Source: Vicugna vicugna | Lineage: Eukaryota | Direction: 5' to 3' | DNA length: 64,000 bases | Assembly (NCBI GenBank): GCA_013265495.1 | Contig: MU059161.1 | Coordinates: 7,525,598 to 7,589,597 of the forward strand | In this document: in pieces, positions 37,146-49,733 of the stretch | Numbering within the stretch: position 1 is the stretch's first letter | Layout: every line of letters starts with the position of its first letter | Notes under the pieces: model-generated | Databases searched by the model: none | Seen by the model: only the letters and a program-made list of their open reading frames with translations | Told to the model about the DNA's origin: nothing | Translations under genes and position numbers: made by a program

Positions 37146-37259
37146 GGATATGGAAGAAAGTGACACACAGCAGGATTGTGTGTCCAGGAAACTGACACAC
37201 AGCAGGATTGTGTGTCCAGGATACAGAAGAAAGTGACACACAGTAGGATTGTGTGTCCA
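37146..37259 (+). repeat. Three-copy direct repeat of a 26-nt self-complementary unit (minisatellite-like)
   Basis: TGACACACAG(C/T)AGGATTGTGTGTCCA at 37161-37186, 37193-37218, 37234-37259. Confidence 0.95.
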
Positions 37260-39189
37260 TTCTCTTCCCAATCACCAGCTCTCATGTGGCCTTGATGACT
37301 ACCATCCACAAACTGCTCAGAGGAACCCAAGAAAAACCTACTGTTTGCCCAGCAGATCCAAGTTCATGATCTCAGCCGACCTCCCCAGTGCCCTGCGGAC
37401 CTGGGTGTTTTCTTTCCAAAGAAAGAAAACAGGGTTGGGTGCTGGTGAGAGATTTGCCCAGGATCCCGAGGCTCCTACCTGCCAGATGTTTTGGGCCAAA
37501 GTCCACACTTCCCTGCCCTGTAGGTAACAGCAGGGAGAGCATGTCCAGGTTTCTGAAGCACATTGGACAGATAACACCAGGTCAGGAGGTTCTGTGTGTC
37601 ACCAATAGCCTAGGGCCAGGAGAGCCTTCTCTGAGGGCATGACTTCTGGGGCTCAAGTTGCCTTCTGCCACCCTTCATACCGTCCCAGGATCCCCCAGAC
37701 CTGGGTGGGCACTGGGTGACCTTACCAGGGAGGGCTCTGCTTCCCCCGTGCCCCATTTTCTGTCCCCTGCCCCCTAGTTTATCCTTTCAGGCCTTGGGTC
37801 AAGGCAGGGCCGTTCCCTGTAAATACCAGTCCCCTTACATGCGCATTTTTCCTCTATGATTTTTCCTGTTTTGATGAAACACTGCTCTTGGCTGTGCAGG
37901 TTCCCAAGAGGGAGCTGAGGCCCTGGCCCAGCCCGGCCAGTCATTCAGGAACTTTGCTCCCAGGCCCAGCCCCACACCCAGCCTGCATTCCGCCAGGGCC
38001 ATAACCTTAACCTCCAAGCTCTGTGTGAATGGGCCCCCCCCCCCCCGATTCCCATGGTTCCCATGGCCACCTCCTTATCGCTTTTCCCAGCTGGCTGAAA
38101 AAGGCTGCATTCCAGCCCGAAATTATCCTTGCCCCCGCTCCTTTCTGTTTTCTTCCAGACTTAGGGTTGTGAGAGTTTACTGAGTTCAGGGTCCTGCCAC
38201 CAGTATCTGAGCCCACTGCATCCACCAGGACCTGATTTACAGGCTGTCTGGAGGGAAAGGACGGGGTGGTGCCTGTTAAGTACATTGGCCCGTTCGTTCA
38301 TTTGTTCGTTAATTCATTCAGCAAATGTCCTGAGCGCCTACTATGGGCCAGGCATTGTTCGAGGCACTGGGCATAAAAAGAATGGACGTTAACAAGTATC
38401 ATGGAGGTAACAGTGCCATCTCCCCTCTCGGGGAGGTGCAGCCGCTCTCCTTGGCTCCACTTTGCGGGTGGCGGTGGAGGTGCAGAGAGCTGATGCAGGT
38501 TTCTGGGGGCTGCTGGTCACCTCTCTGCCACCTCTGTGGGGGATCACGGTAAAAGCCCCTGAGCTGGGGCCCCTGGCGCCCAGTGCAGCCCTGACACCTC
38601 CTGCAGCTGAGTGTGGGTGAGATCCAGCCCTTGCCCTCTGCCCCGCTGTACACGGCTTTGCCAAGACCACAACACGGGGCCAGTAGCTGGTGATTCTGGG
38701 ATTTGGGATCCAGGTTCCTCTAATTCCAAAGTCAGTTCTATGGGATTCTTGATGATTTGCTGGCTGGGTTACATCTGTTGCTCTTTTCCTGCTGTGTTTC
38801 TTGCCCCTCAGCGGCGCTGCGCCTGCAGGCCTTGTCCTGTCACCCAGCTCTGCCAGAGGAGCTTTTGTTCAAAGTATTTGTCCTGAGTACTTACAAGCTT
38901 TTAATCTTACCTTTGACGCACATTTACCCATCCCATACTCCTACCTGTTTGTTCATTACTTATTCATTCTGCAACAAACAGCATTTAAGCAGTGCCAGGC
39001 CCCTGTGTGCCAGGGAGGGGAGGGACAGGTGAACTGGACTTGTCCCCATCCCCAGGGAGCTCACAGGTATATGAGGTGGTGGGCTTGGTGCTCCGATGGG
39101 GGAGGCATGACAGCCTGCACTGGGCATTGATGCTGGTGATGCAGGGATGCCTAACCCTGGCGTAGCCTTCTCAGAGCACCTGCACTGCC

Positions 39190-39370
39190 CTCTTGCATCA
39201 TCTAGTAACTGATTTAATCCTCACCACCAGCACTGTGAGGTGGGGTAAAGGATCTGCTATTATGAATGTTTTACATGCCGAGAACTAACTTGCCCAGGGT
39301 CACCCAGCTAGTGGCTGAGGCAGAATTTGAACCCAGGCTTCCTGGCTGCCCAGTATGGGCCCTTAACTGC
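39190..39370 (-). mobile_element. MIR SINE
   Basis: atttaatcctcaccaccagcactgtgagg...cttgcccagggtcacccagctagtggctgaggcagaatttgaacccaggc. Confidence 0.85.
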
Positions 39371-40074
39371 ACCATGCTGCATGAACATGAACTTGCCAGG
39401 TAAAGAAATGGGAGCCAGGCATGCGCATCACAGAATCGCCGAAGAAACAGACCGCTCTGCGGCTCGTGTGGCAGGATCGTGGCCAGCGGGCACCCGAGTG
39501 GGAGCAGTCCCGGGGCTGGTGCCAAGTGCTGGTCCCCGGGTCAGGGTGGGGAGACAGTCCAGGGCACGGGTCCTGGAGCCGGAGGAAGACCTGGAGTGAT
39601 CTCCTGTGAGGAAGAGGCCAGAGCGTTGGCCACACCCGTGTTTCTTTGTGAGCACAGAAACATATTCCAGAGCCAGCCCCTGAGTTCCACGGTGTTTGGA
39701 GCTCTGCCGGAGGGCCTGGGCCGGTGCTGTGTGGAGGAGGAAGGGCCTGGCTAGAGCAGACGTGGGCCAGGCCAGCCTCGGCCGGAGCCTGGCTCTGTCA
39801 CTGACCGCTGGGGTCACTCTGGGTGAAACTCGGTCAGCCCTCCTGGGCACTCAGTGCTCTGTTTCACATCCACTGCGGAGAACAAGCCAGAGTCCTTTCC
39901 GTGGCCTGCAGGGCCCTGGCTGATCTGTCGTACCCACTCCCATCACTGACCTCATCCCCAGCCATCTCCACTCCCTGTACTCCAGCCTTGCGGGCACCAC
40001 TGCTCCTTGACCAGGTGGGCTGCGCTCCCACCTCACCCCCGCTGCTTGGATGCCCCTCCTGGGCTCTCGTCATG

Positions 40075-40225
40075 GCTGGCTTCTTCCTTGTTGGCGAAAT
40101 AAATGAGCCTTGGTATCCTCAACTGTAAAATGGGAGGCAACTTGCTGATCTGCTAAAGTTGGTGTAAAGATTAGAGTGTGTTTAGGTTAAGGTGCCTAGT
40201 ACAGTGCCTGGCACAGAGCAGGCAC
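40075..40225 (+). mobile_element. MIR SINE
   Basis: cctcaactgtaaaatggg...gtacagtgcctggcacagagcaggcactt. Confidence 0.7.
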
Positions 40226-40479
40226 TTAGGATTGGTGGATAAAGCAAGGGGTGAAGTCCAGGTATGAATTTCCAGCCTGGTTTAGACTCTGTGGGTGCTG
40301 CATAGCTGTTTCTTTGACATTGCCAGGCCAGCCTGGTACTCACTAGCTCTAAAAATCAGGGTGATGGGTGGGGCAGGATGAAGTGAAGGAAGGAAAGAAG
40401 AAAAGAGAAAAAAGGAAAAGGAAAAAGGCCTGGAATGCAGTGGATTGTTTTTCAGTGGAAACATAGAAAGAGATGGTTT

Positions 40480-41330
40480 CTCTGAAGGCCAGCTTTGCGC
40501 ACTGGAAAGTTCGTAAATTCCTGCCAAGGACTTTTATTTTTAAAATATTTGGTCTTAAAGACCAAAAGAAAAATAAAAGGAGGGCACAGGTAATTCCAAT
40601 TAATAAATGTGGAAAGAATGACAGAATTTGAAAAATCACCATTAAAACCCCTTAGTAATAATTGTTTCAGTTAAAGATCCACTAATGGATGCTAAAATTA
40701 GTGGGCACAAGTTTAAACAGAAATAAGACATTTGTATAGTGTCCCCCCAGATATTTAGCAATTTCAAAGGGGGAAAGAATAACTTTACGATGGAGAATCC
40801 TGGCCGATCCCATCTTAGCCAAGTGATGAAGGCTCAGAGCACCTGCGTTAAGACATATGCACCTCATGTGCCCCGTGTGGGGCTCTCAGGAAGGCACCGC
40901 ACTGTGGGATTCTTCCCAGAAACGCACCACCTGACTTAAACCCCCAGAAAATGTCAGACGGGCCCGGTCTGAGAGGTATTCTACAAAATAACCAACGCTC
41001 TTCAAAAGTGCCACAGTTACAACAGACAAGGGAAGACCTGGGACTGTCACAGCTTGAAGGAAACTAAGGAGGCACGACGTGGGACCCTGGATTGGATCCT
41101 AGACCAGAAACAGGACGTTAGTGGGAAAATTGGTGAAATCTTAATTAGGTTTGTCTTTCCCTTTGTAGTATTGCACCATGGTTAATTTCCTAGTTTTAAG
41201 GCTTTTTCTGTAGTTCTGTCTAGTTCTGTAGGTGTGAACATGAGAGGACGTTGGGCGAAGGGTGGGGGACTTCCCATGCTATCTGTGTGACTCTTCTGTA
41301 AGACTCAGATGATCTCGAGATAAAAAGTTC
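40480..41330 (+). mobile_element. L1MC4-class 3' UTR relic
   Basis: ggatgctaaaattagtgggc...aataactttacgatggagaatcctggc...gggaccctggattggatcctagaccagaaa...ggaaaattggtgaaatc. Confidence 0.75.
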
Positions 41331-42523
41331 AGAAGAATGGCACTAGATAAAGAAGTATGGCAGGAAAAATTGAATGGAGACTTCATTATAGCATCCAGAC
41401 TGTGCAAACGAGGACGTGTCTGCAGAAAGTCCCAGTGGTGCTGGGTGATGCTGACGGGAATTCCAAAGCACAGAGGCAGACACCTTTCAATTGCAAAATC
41501 CCGTTTCCATGAAGAATTCTCCACAGCTGGGTGGCTGGCTGGACTTGACCTTGCTCTTCCTTAAGGGGCTCTGGTTCTTCTCTCCTGAGCTCTGTCACCC
41601 CTTACTCAACAGGGGGCGTGTCCTTAGTGACGCCTACTGATGTCAGGCAAAGCCCTGGTAAGGTTCTCTAGCCACAGATTCCAGAAGTCCTCAGCAGCAT
41701 CGCTAAACTTCAGCCATTCTCGGGCTACTTTCACACTTTTTGCCGTATCTGCCTCTGCCCATACTATTATAAACTTTCTATTTTGTTTATATGGACCCAC
41801 TTAAAAACTTTGAATAGATGAGTGAAAAGAAACGGTAAAATCAGTGTCACTTGCCATGAACCTGAAGTATCCATACAATTCAAAGCAGTGAGGAGAAGGT
41901 TTGAACTCAGGGCTGTTGCTGGTGGAAGGTTCTGAGTCTGAAACCTGCTCTTCTCTTTATTAAAAAGGGAGATTATTAGGTGTCAAAAGACCCACTGGTA
42001 CCAAAAATGAGACTTTCTTCTACACCCGTTCAGGAGAATTGACAGAGGAGTGGCCTGGGAGTAACTCCCTCACTGGATGATTGTGCTGTCTGCCAGCCTG
42101 TCCGGGTTCCACCTAAAACCATGTCATCATGCAGGACTGTGGAAGTCCCCCAGAGCCACCTAGCCCTTCCTGACGGACAGGCGCCAAAGGGCCCTGGAGC
42201 CCAGCTGGCCACACCATCAGCCTGGGCGGCCATGAGTCCTCCCTCATCCTGGCCAACCTCCCTTCCAGCCCCATGACAGGAGTTCAGGTCTGACTGTGAG
42301 CCCAGATCTGAAGCCACTTCCTCCAGCCAGCTGTCCCTGATCGTTCCTCACCTTCAGAGCATGTTGGCTTAAAAAAAAAAAAAAAAGCAAACATTTGACT
42401 TTCTTGGAGATACTAGAATTATCCTCCTAGTGCGTTGTTGTTCCTACTTAATTCCAAGAACCGGGCTTGGTCCTGTAGGGCTGGTGACTGCTTTGTCACA
42501 GACCTGTGTAGAGTTCAACAGAG

Positions 42524-42748
42524 CAGGGCTGTCGATCACTTTTGGCATCTGCCCTTTGTAAGAAATACATTTTATATTGCAACCCAGCAGACATGTAAAA
42601 ACTCAACACAGCAGGGCTTCCTTTATTACAGGCAATGCAAACAGACATTTTCTATTCTACTGCAGTCCAATTTTTTTTTAATGCTGGTTACAACCCACTA
42701 AGTTGATGTCTCACTTATCAGTCATCACTTGCAGTTGGTAAAACATTG
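42524..42748. mobile_element. hAT-Charlie-type DNA transposon relic
   Basis: gtaagaaatacattttatattgcaaccc...atgctggttacaacccactaagttg...gcagttggtaaaacattg followed by hAT-like target ctctagag. Confidence 0.6.
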
Positions 42749-42779
42749 CTCTAGAGGGTGAGAGCATGAACCATAATAA

Positions 42780-42950
42780 CAGGTCCCACTGTTTTTGAGC
42801 AGTGTGTGTCAAGCACAGTGCTGAACACTGTCTTGTTGAACCCTGCCCACTTTGCACATCAGACCACTGAGTCTCAGAGAGGGACGTCACTTAGCCCAGC
42901 TCACACAGCACGTAAGGGCAGAACCAGGACTCCCACCCAGTTGCCCATAT
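42780..42950 (-). mobile_element. MIR SINE
   Basis: cccactttgcacatcagaccactgagtctcagagagggacgtcacttagcccagctcacacagc. Confidence 0.7.
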
Positions 42951-43169
42951 CTTTGGGTTTGGGAACGTTTCCCCTGTGTATCTGCCTTTGCACCTTGTTC
43001 AGGGTTGTCCCCAGAGGAGGTACTGATAGATACATGAATGATGGACTCAAACATCTTGCTGATATAGAAAGAAAGTCAAAAACGATCTCTAATTTTACCC
43101 TAAGCCAGTGCAAAGGGTTTCCGAACCTGGTCAATGATTTAATGTTCTTTCTTCTTAACGTTTCATTTA

Positions 43170-43460
43170 ATTTTTAAATTGAGTTATAGCTTACGAGAAA
43201 ATGTGCAGCTCGGTGGCTTTTTACAGGCATACGCTCATCTGCCACCCGGAGATCAAGACACCGAACGTTTCCCACACCCTGGAAGCCTCCCCTGTGCTCC
43301 ATCCCAGTCAGTACCTCAACCAAGAGGGAACCCTTCTCCTGACCTCCCTCACTGTTGATTGGTTTTGCCCATCCTTCAGTGTCACATAAACTCTCAGTGT
43401 GACATCTGTGGGATTCACCCATGTGGTTGCATGCTTCAGTAATTCATTCTTTTTTATTTT
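43170..43460 (-). mobile_element. Old L1M (L1MD/ME-class) 3' end
   Basis: ttttaaattgagttatagc...gatcaagacaccgaacgtttcccacaccctggaagcc...cacccatgtggttgcatg. Confidence 0.65.
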
Positions 43461-43520
43461 CTAGCATCTGATTTATTTTTGTTACTTTTAAGCTTTAAAT
43501 TTTTTTTCATACACTATTTT

Positions 43521-44128
43521 ACTTTGTTTATTAAAGTGTTGATTTACAATGTTGTTAGTTTCTGGTGTACAACATAGTGATTCAATTATACATATAAATA
43601 TATTCTTTTTCATTATAGGATATTACAAGATACTGAATATAGTTCCCTGTGCTGCACAGAAGGACCTTGTTATTTATCTATTTTATATATAGTAGTTAGT
43701 ATCTGTAAATCCCAAACTCTTAATTTTTCCTTCCCCTCTCCTGTTTCCCCTTTCGTAACCGTAAGTTTGTTTTCTATGTCTGGGTGTCTGTTCTGTTTTG
43801 TAAATAAGTTCATTTATGTGATTTTTTCAGATTTTACATATAAGTGATATCATATGGCATTTGGCCTTCTCATTCTGGCTTACTTAGTATGACAATCTCT
43901 AGGTCCATCCANNNNNNNNNNNNNNNNNNNNNNNNNNNNNNNNNNNNNNNNNNNNNNNNNNNNNNNNNNNNNNNNNNNNNNNNNNNNNNNNNNNNNNNNN
44001 NNNNNNNNNNNNNNNNNNNNNNNNNNNNNNNNNNNNNNNNNNNNNNNNNNNNNNNNNNNNNNNNNNNNTTTTCGAATTTAAGTTTTCTCCAGATATATGC
44101 CCAGGAGTGGGATTGCTGGATCATTCAG
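43521..44128 (-). mobile_element. Young 5'-truncated cetartiodactyl L1 with perfect 14-bp TSD (N-run 43912-44068)
   Basis: L1 3' end antisense; TCATACACTATTTT at 43507-43520 and 44129-44142. Confidence 0.92.
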
Positions 44129-46297
44129 TCATACACTATTTTTAGACACATCAAATAGCAGAGAGGATAATCTACACCTACTCCCTCCCCATCTTAAGAA
44201 ACACACCCTAAGCCCCCACATTCCTCTTCTCCTGCTTTCAAATTTCCATCTTTGATACATCCCCACCCTCATCCCAGGGTAACCACTCTCCCAAATGTGT
44301 CGATCCTTCCTGTGCACGTCTGTAAATTCTTACTACCTGTGTGTGAAAATTCCTAATGAGTCTTTCATCTGTGTGTGCGCATGTATGCAGACGCCCTTTT
44401 TTTTCTTCTGCATTGCAGAGCCCAGATAAAAAATATTTTTAAGATGTTCCAAGTCTTTCTGGAATTCAGAACCTCAGCTCTGTGCTATTGAGGTCAGGAG
44501 AGTTGGAGCAGAGTCCAGAAGGATAGGCCAGACGGGTCAAGGAAGGAAGAGAGCAGAGTAGGGACAGAGCCCAGGGGGCAGGAGGGGGCGCAGGGCAGAC
44601 ACTCTGGGCCATGTGTAGCAGAGTTTCCCACGGAACTCAAAGCCCCTGCCTTCTGTCCTCTTCTCAACTCATGGGGACCTTAGTGTGCCCCTCTTTCTGA
44701 CCTGATTTCCTGGGTCCATTGGTGCCACCTCTGCCAAGGCAGCCCTCAGAGGGACTTGGGGTGTGGGGCGGGGAGAATGAGATTTTCCTTTGAAAAGGGG
44801 AAAATGCATGTGGTCCTCTGTACCTCCACCCTGCATCCTAGAGGCAGCCTGCAGGTAGAGAAGTGAGCACCCAGTTGTGGGGCCAGGCCCTGTGCTAATA
44901 AACACTTCCCACGTCCTAACATATGGACCCCTCAGAGCAACCAAGGAGGGGGCACAGCGGGGTGAAGTCAGTTCCCCGGGGCCTCCACTAGCGAGTGGCA
45001 AGCTGGGACTCACACCCAGAATGGCCAGCTCCAACTTACTGCGACCCATACACACTCCAGCCTCAATTCTAATAGTGGGGGGAAAGGCCCGTGGCCTCTC
45101 TGTCCTGGCGCTCCTCTCCTTCTCTAAGAACACATTAGTAACAGAGGTTTTCTTGACTTTGACTGCAGGCAGGCAGGGACAGCCTTTGCTTGGTTCACAT
45201 TATACACACATTGTATCGTCCAGAACAGGATAGATGCTAGTGATATTCGCCCAGTCGATGCTGAGTGAATGAGTGCATGAATGGGCAACAATGGAGAAGC
45301 ACGAGCAATGGGAAACCCTCCACAAGGAGGCCTCTGGGTGGAGTCTGCAAACCCCAGGCTTGCCTCCCGGCTGTGGGGAATCCCAAAGCCAAGGGTTTGA
45401 GTCCCAGCACCAGTGCACCGTGACAGTGCCACCTTGGGGAACTTTATCTTCCTCATCTGGAAAGTAGGGATCATGACCGTCTCTCTGTCCCAGGGTCGCC
45501 GACACTGCGTGGTCAGGGTGTGATGCATCACAGACCATTCTGGGTACAGGTGCGGGTGATGGGTCTCCCAGGTGGGCGGGTCCTTGTAGACAAAAGGCCG
45601 AGGTCGTTTAGTGGGAGAGCACAGGAGTCCTGGTTGAGGCCCCGCAGTTTCATGGAACTCGCTGGTGGGCACATGTGAGCTGTTTGGTAGATGCTGCCCC
45701 GTATCTTGTCCCTGTGTCCCTAGTTCTGCCCCTCGGAGGCTGCAAGAACAGTGCCGACTGGCCTTGGCCACTGCCTCTGAGTTTCAGCCCTCTGCTGTCA
45801 TTTAACACCAAGAAGACAGCTAGCTGGGCTGCAGGAGTGATGCTGCCCCCGTTCCCGGCCAGCGTCAGTCCCCTGGGTCCTGGCTGAGCAGGAGGGCGCT
45901 TGCCTCTCCCGGTTCTCACTCTGCTTTGAAGACACGCCCCCTGGCCCCGGCACTAACCCGCGGGCCTTCATCTCCATTCTGTAATACAGCCGCCATCCAA
46001 CGTCCCTGCATCCTGCACTTGGCAGGGCTGTTCACAGGAAATGCCGGGGACCGAACTCACCTTTTGTGAGTGCCTACTGGGTACCGAGGGCTCTTTCCGC
46101 CTGCCAGTTAGGGACCCCATTTGTTTCTCAAAATCGCACTAGAAGGGAGATGGGCTCCACTGAGGTTCAGAGAGGTCTAGCTCGTTGCCTGAGCAGAGTC
46201 AGCTCTAGAACCACAGCCTGTGAGACCCCAAAGCCTGGGTTGTCTCCACGTCCCTCCTCGTGCTGCTCTGCAGAGGGAAGGCAAGAGTAAACCTGCA

Positions 46298-46430
46298 GTG
46301 AGGAGGCTCAGGGTGGAGCACGTGCTTAGCAGGCACGAGGTCCTGGGTTCAATCCCCAGTACCTCCATTAAAAGTAAACAGATAAATAAGTAAACAAACA
46401 AACCTAATCCCCCCCCCAAAACAAACAAAA
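46298..46430 (+). mobile_element. Vic-1-type tRNA-Ala-derived SINE
   Basis: ggctcagggtggagcacgtgcttagcaggcacgaggtcctgggttcaatccccagtacctccattaaaagtaaac...aaacctaatccccccccc; 5' end and A box degraded, B box intact. Confidence 0.85.
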
Positions 46431-46539
46431 TGGGTACGGAGAAAAAAGAAAGTAAGCCCACTAGTGACAGTGGCAGACACAGGCTAGTGATGGTTATCGT
46501 GGCTCACACCTGTTGTGTGCTCGCTCCCTGCTGTGGACT

Positions 46540-46715
46540 CCAGTCAGTGCCTCACACGCGCTTCCCCATGTATTCCTCACTCCCATGAGGTAGTCAATAT
46601 TTTTATCCCCATTGTACAGGTGAAAACACCAGAGGTTCAGAGAGAAATTTGCCTCGAGGCACACAGCTAACGCGCGAGGCAGTATGATTTTGCAGATCCA
46701 CACTTTAGGGACTGA
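46540..46715 (-). mobile_element. MIR SINE
   Basis: cccatgaggtagtcaatatttttatccccattgtacaggtgaaaacaccagaggttcagagag. Confidence 0.8.
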
Positions 46716-46739
46716 AAAACCAGCTACACTGTGGCGCAT

Positions 46740-47270
46740 CCAGGCATTGGAATACTATTCAGCACTAGAAAGAAATGAGCTGCCGGACCATGAGAGGACA
46801 CGGACGGGGGAAACTTAAATGCATGTTATTGAGTGAAAGGAGTCGATCTGAAAAGGCTATGTGCTGTATAATTCCAACTATATGACATTCTGGAAAAGGC
46901 AAAAGTTGTAAAGGCAATGAAAAGATCAGTGGTGGCCTGGGATGGTGGGGGAGGGATGAGCAGGCAGAGCACGCGGATTTTCAGGGCAGTGAAGCTACTC
47001 TGTACGATGCTGTAACGGTGGATGCGTGTCATTATACATTTGTCAAAACGCACAGTGTACAGCAGCAAGTGGGAGCCCTGATGTAAACTGTGGACTTCGG
47101 GCGATAATGACAGGTCAGTGCAGGTTCATCCCTGGTAACAGATGCCCCCCTCTGGTGGGGGGTGTTGATAATGGGGGAGCTGTATGTGGGTGGGGGCAGG
47201 GGATGTATGGAAAATCTCTATACCTTCTGCTCAATTTTGCTGTGAACCTAAAACCGCTCTAAACAATGGT
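46740..47270 (+). mobile_element. L1MC1/2-class 3' end
   Basis: ggaatactattcagc...gacattctggaaaaggcaaaa...tcattatacatttgtcaaaac...ctcaattttgctgtgaacctaaaaccgctctaa. Confidence 0.85.
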
Positions 47271-49405
47271 GTTTTTCAAAAAGCAAACAGATCTACAATG
47301 CACTTGTTCGGTCCTTAAGCCGCTGCCAGCCCGACTCCCTGGTCTGAGCACTTCCCCCAAATCCCAGCAATGATGTGAGGAGGGACATGGCTCTGCAGAG
47401 TGTGGGGACATGGCTGGGTTATCTGTGGGCTCATCTTTTCCGGGTGTTCTGCTGTCAGGTGTGGTATGAAATCCAGTCCAGGAGTGTGTACTGCATGGGG
47501 GGCTGGAGGGAGGTGACAGTGCAGTTAGGTGTCCAGGGGAGGCCGAAGGGATGGCAGGCATGCCAGGTTCTCTGCAGGGGTGGATGGACTGATCCTCCCT
47601 CTTGGAGGGGAGGAAGGAGGAGGTGAGGGAGGTGATACTCACCATTCTTTGGTTTCGTTTCTGGGACAGCGTGTGCTCATGGAGCCTGGCCTTGCCACTG
47701 CCAGGGCATTGCAAAACTCAAGCTCAGTTGATGCAATGTCCTTTGGAAAAGTACATTTTGCTCAGGAGCCAAGTAAAACTGAAGATTCTGCAGCCAGCAC
47801 ACTGAAGTCGAGAGCTGTGACTCACAGTGAGGGGGAGGGAGGAGGGTCGAGCTCAAGGCAGGCCTCAGCCCTCAGGTGGGCCTGGGCTCCCCTGGCCAGC
47901 TCAAGGCCCTCAGCTGGGACAGTGTGTGTGCTGAGGGTAGCATCCTCAGGTGGCTTCCTGAGGCCTCAGATCTCCTTGCTATTTAGAAAAGGTTCTGTCC
48001 CTGCAGAGCTGTGGATAAAATGAATCACTGTTAAAATCAAATTTTCTTATTGACTTGCATGATTAGTGTAGAGATGACGTCTCTCTAAAGTCTTTGGTAA
48101 ATAACAGCTCCAAAGGCTAAAGATTTAGGGGCACCTGGATGTCACAGGAAGAGCCCCTGATGGGGCTCCAGGATAGTTCTCACTTGTGACATTAGGCAAG
48201 CCAGTGTCGCTTCCTGGACCTCAGTTTATCTGCCTTTAAAATGGATCTGAACTAAATCAGCCTTGCTGAATACCCAGGAAGCACATCACTAGTGCTCCCA
48301 GTCCCACGTCCTTAGCAGACATCACTAATCCATCCCAGCACGCACACACCGAGCCCAGTGCCAGCCTTAGCAGCTGGGCAGCCACTAGAATTGATTCCTG
48401 AGACAACCCTTTTGGATCACACGGGGACTCCTTGATCTCAGAGTTCCCTTCTCCTCTGCAGCATTTAGATCTTCTTACCTATAATTTCAGTTCTGCGGTC
48501 TCTACTGAGACAAAAATACTTCAAGATTTAAGGCCAAGTTTACAAACTGATAGTCCCCACGCCAAACCTGAGCCATAGAAGTGTTTCCTTTGATTTACAT
48601 ATTTGTTTTACTTTTAAAAAACCAATAAAAAGGTTGTCATCATTTTTAAATTGGTTATTTCATGTAAGACCTCTGATTTCTGGTTTTCCCTGGTCTGGCC
48701 AGCCCAGGGCTCCTTGTTCCAGTCACAGGCCAAGCTGGGGGTGCTTTCTACCTTTAGATGAGTTGTGGACCCTCCGATTGCCCCAGTACCTACCCAGCCT
48801 GGTAGGCATTTTCTCTGGAGAGCGTGTACTTCCTTCGCAGACACTTACTGCCCAGTTGTCTCCTGTTTGGTGATGTGAGCAGCTAGGGGAGCAGTGTCCG
48901 GGCCTGTTGATTCATTTGGGACACTTACTATTTCCTGGAATCATATTCAGAGGAAGAGATGTTTTAAACCTGTGAACAATCACCCCCTGGTGAAGTAGTT
49001 TTAAATTTTCAATTTCCCACATGAGTTCTCCGGAAGGCAAGCATTCAGATAAGCCATGCCCTGGCGAGGCAAGTGCAGCTTGAGGCAGATGTGGGATATG
49101 GAGGGTGCGGAGGAGGCCCCCTTCCCTCCTTCTCTGTCACTCACTCCCTGCCTCCCAGAGGTCTCAGCCGTGACGTCTCATTGCTGGTGGGTGGTTAGGA
49201 AGCCAGGTGGCTCCGTGAGCACATCTCAGGTGAGCTCTTGGCCCGGAAAGACCCACAGTCTTCTGTGACGCGGGGGGGGCCTCTTGTTGCTTAAAAATGA
49301 CGCTCACCACTTAAGGCTGCTGTGCCCGGCACTGGGGACTTCACGATGTATAAAACCAGTTCCTGCCCTTGAAGAGTTCATAGTTTAAGAGGAAGACACC
49401 AGTCG

Positions 49406-49733
49406 TTGTTTTTTTGTTGTTTTTTTTTAATGAATATAATACTATGATATAAAGGACAGATAGAAGAAAACCAAGTGAGGAGAAAATAACACAGGTTCGG
49501 TTTCTTTCTGTTTTTATATTCACTAGTTTGTTGTATTTTTTGGATTCCACATGCAAGTGGTAACATACAGTATTTGTCATTCTCTGACTTAATTCACTTA
49601 GCATAATGCCCTCCCAGTCCATCTATGTTGTTGCAAATAGCCATATTTCATTCTGTTTTATGGCCGAGCAGTATTCCATATACGGTACCCCGTACACACA
49701 CCACATCTTCTTTATTCATTCATCTACCGATGG
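49406..49733 (-). mobile_element. L1 fragment (49494-49733) joined to a 65-nt non-L1 segment and a poly(A)-type tail, inserted in an L2
   Basis: Antisense L1 ggattccacatgcaagtgg...gcataatgccctcccagtccatc...; T-rich tail 49406-49428; L2 sequence on both sides. Confidence 0.7.

Noticed and set aside
37146-37259. CRISPR-like array
   Set aside because: Mammalian context, only three repeats, spacers of 6-15 nt that are homologous to each other, no cas genes
46298-46370. tRNA-Ala(AGC) gene (also 5350-5427 and 61300-61382)
   Set aside because: Each copy carries the SINE AT-rich tail (AAACCTAAT...CCCC/A-run) and has a broken acceptor, D or anticodon stem; these are tRNA-derived SINEs, not tRNA genes
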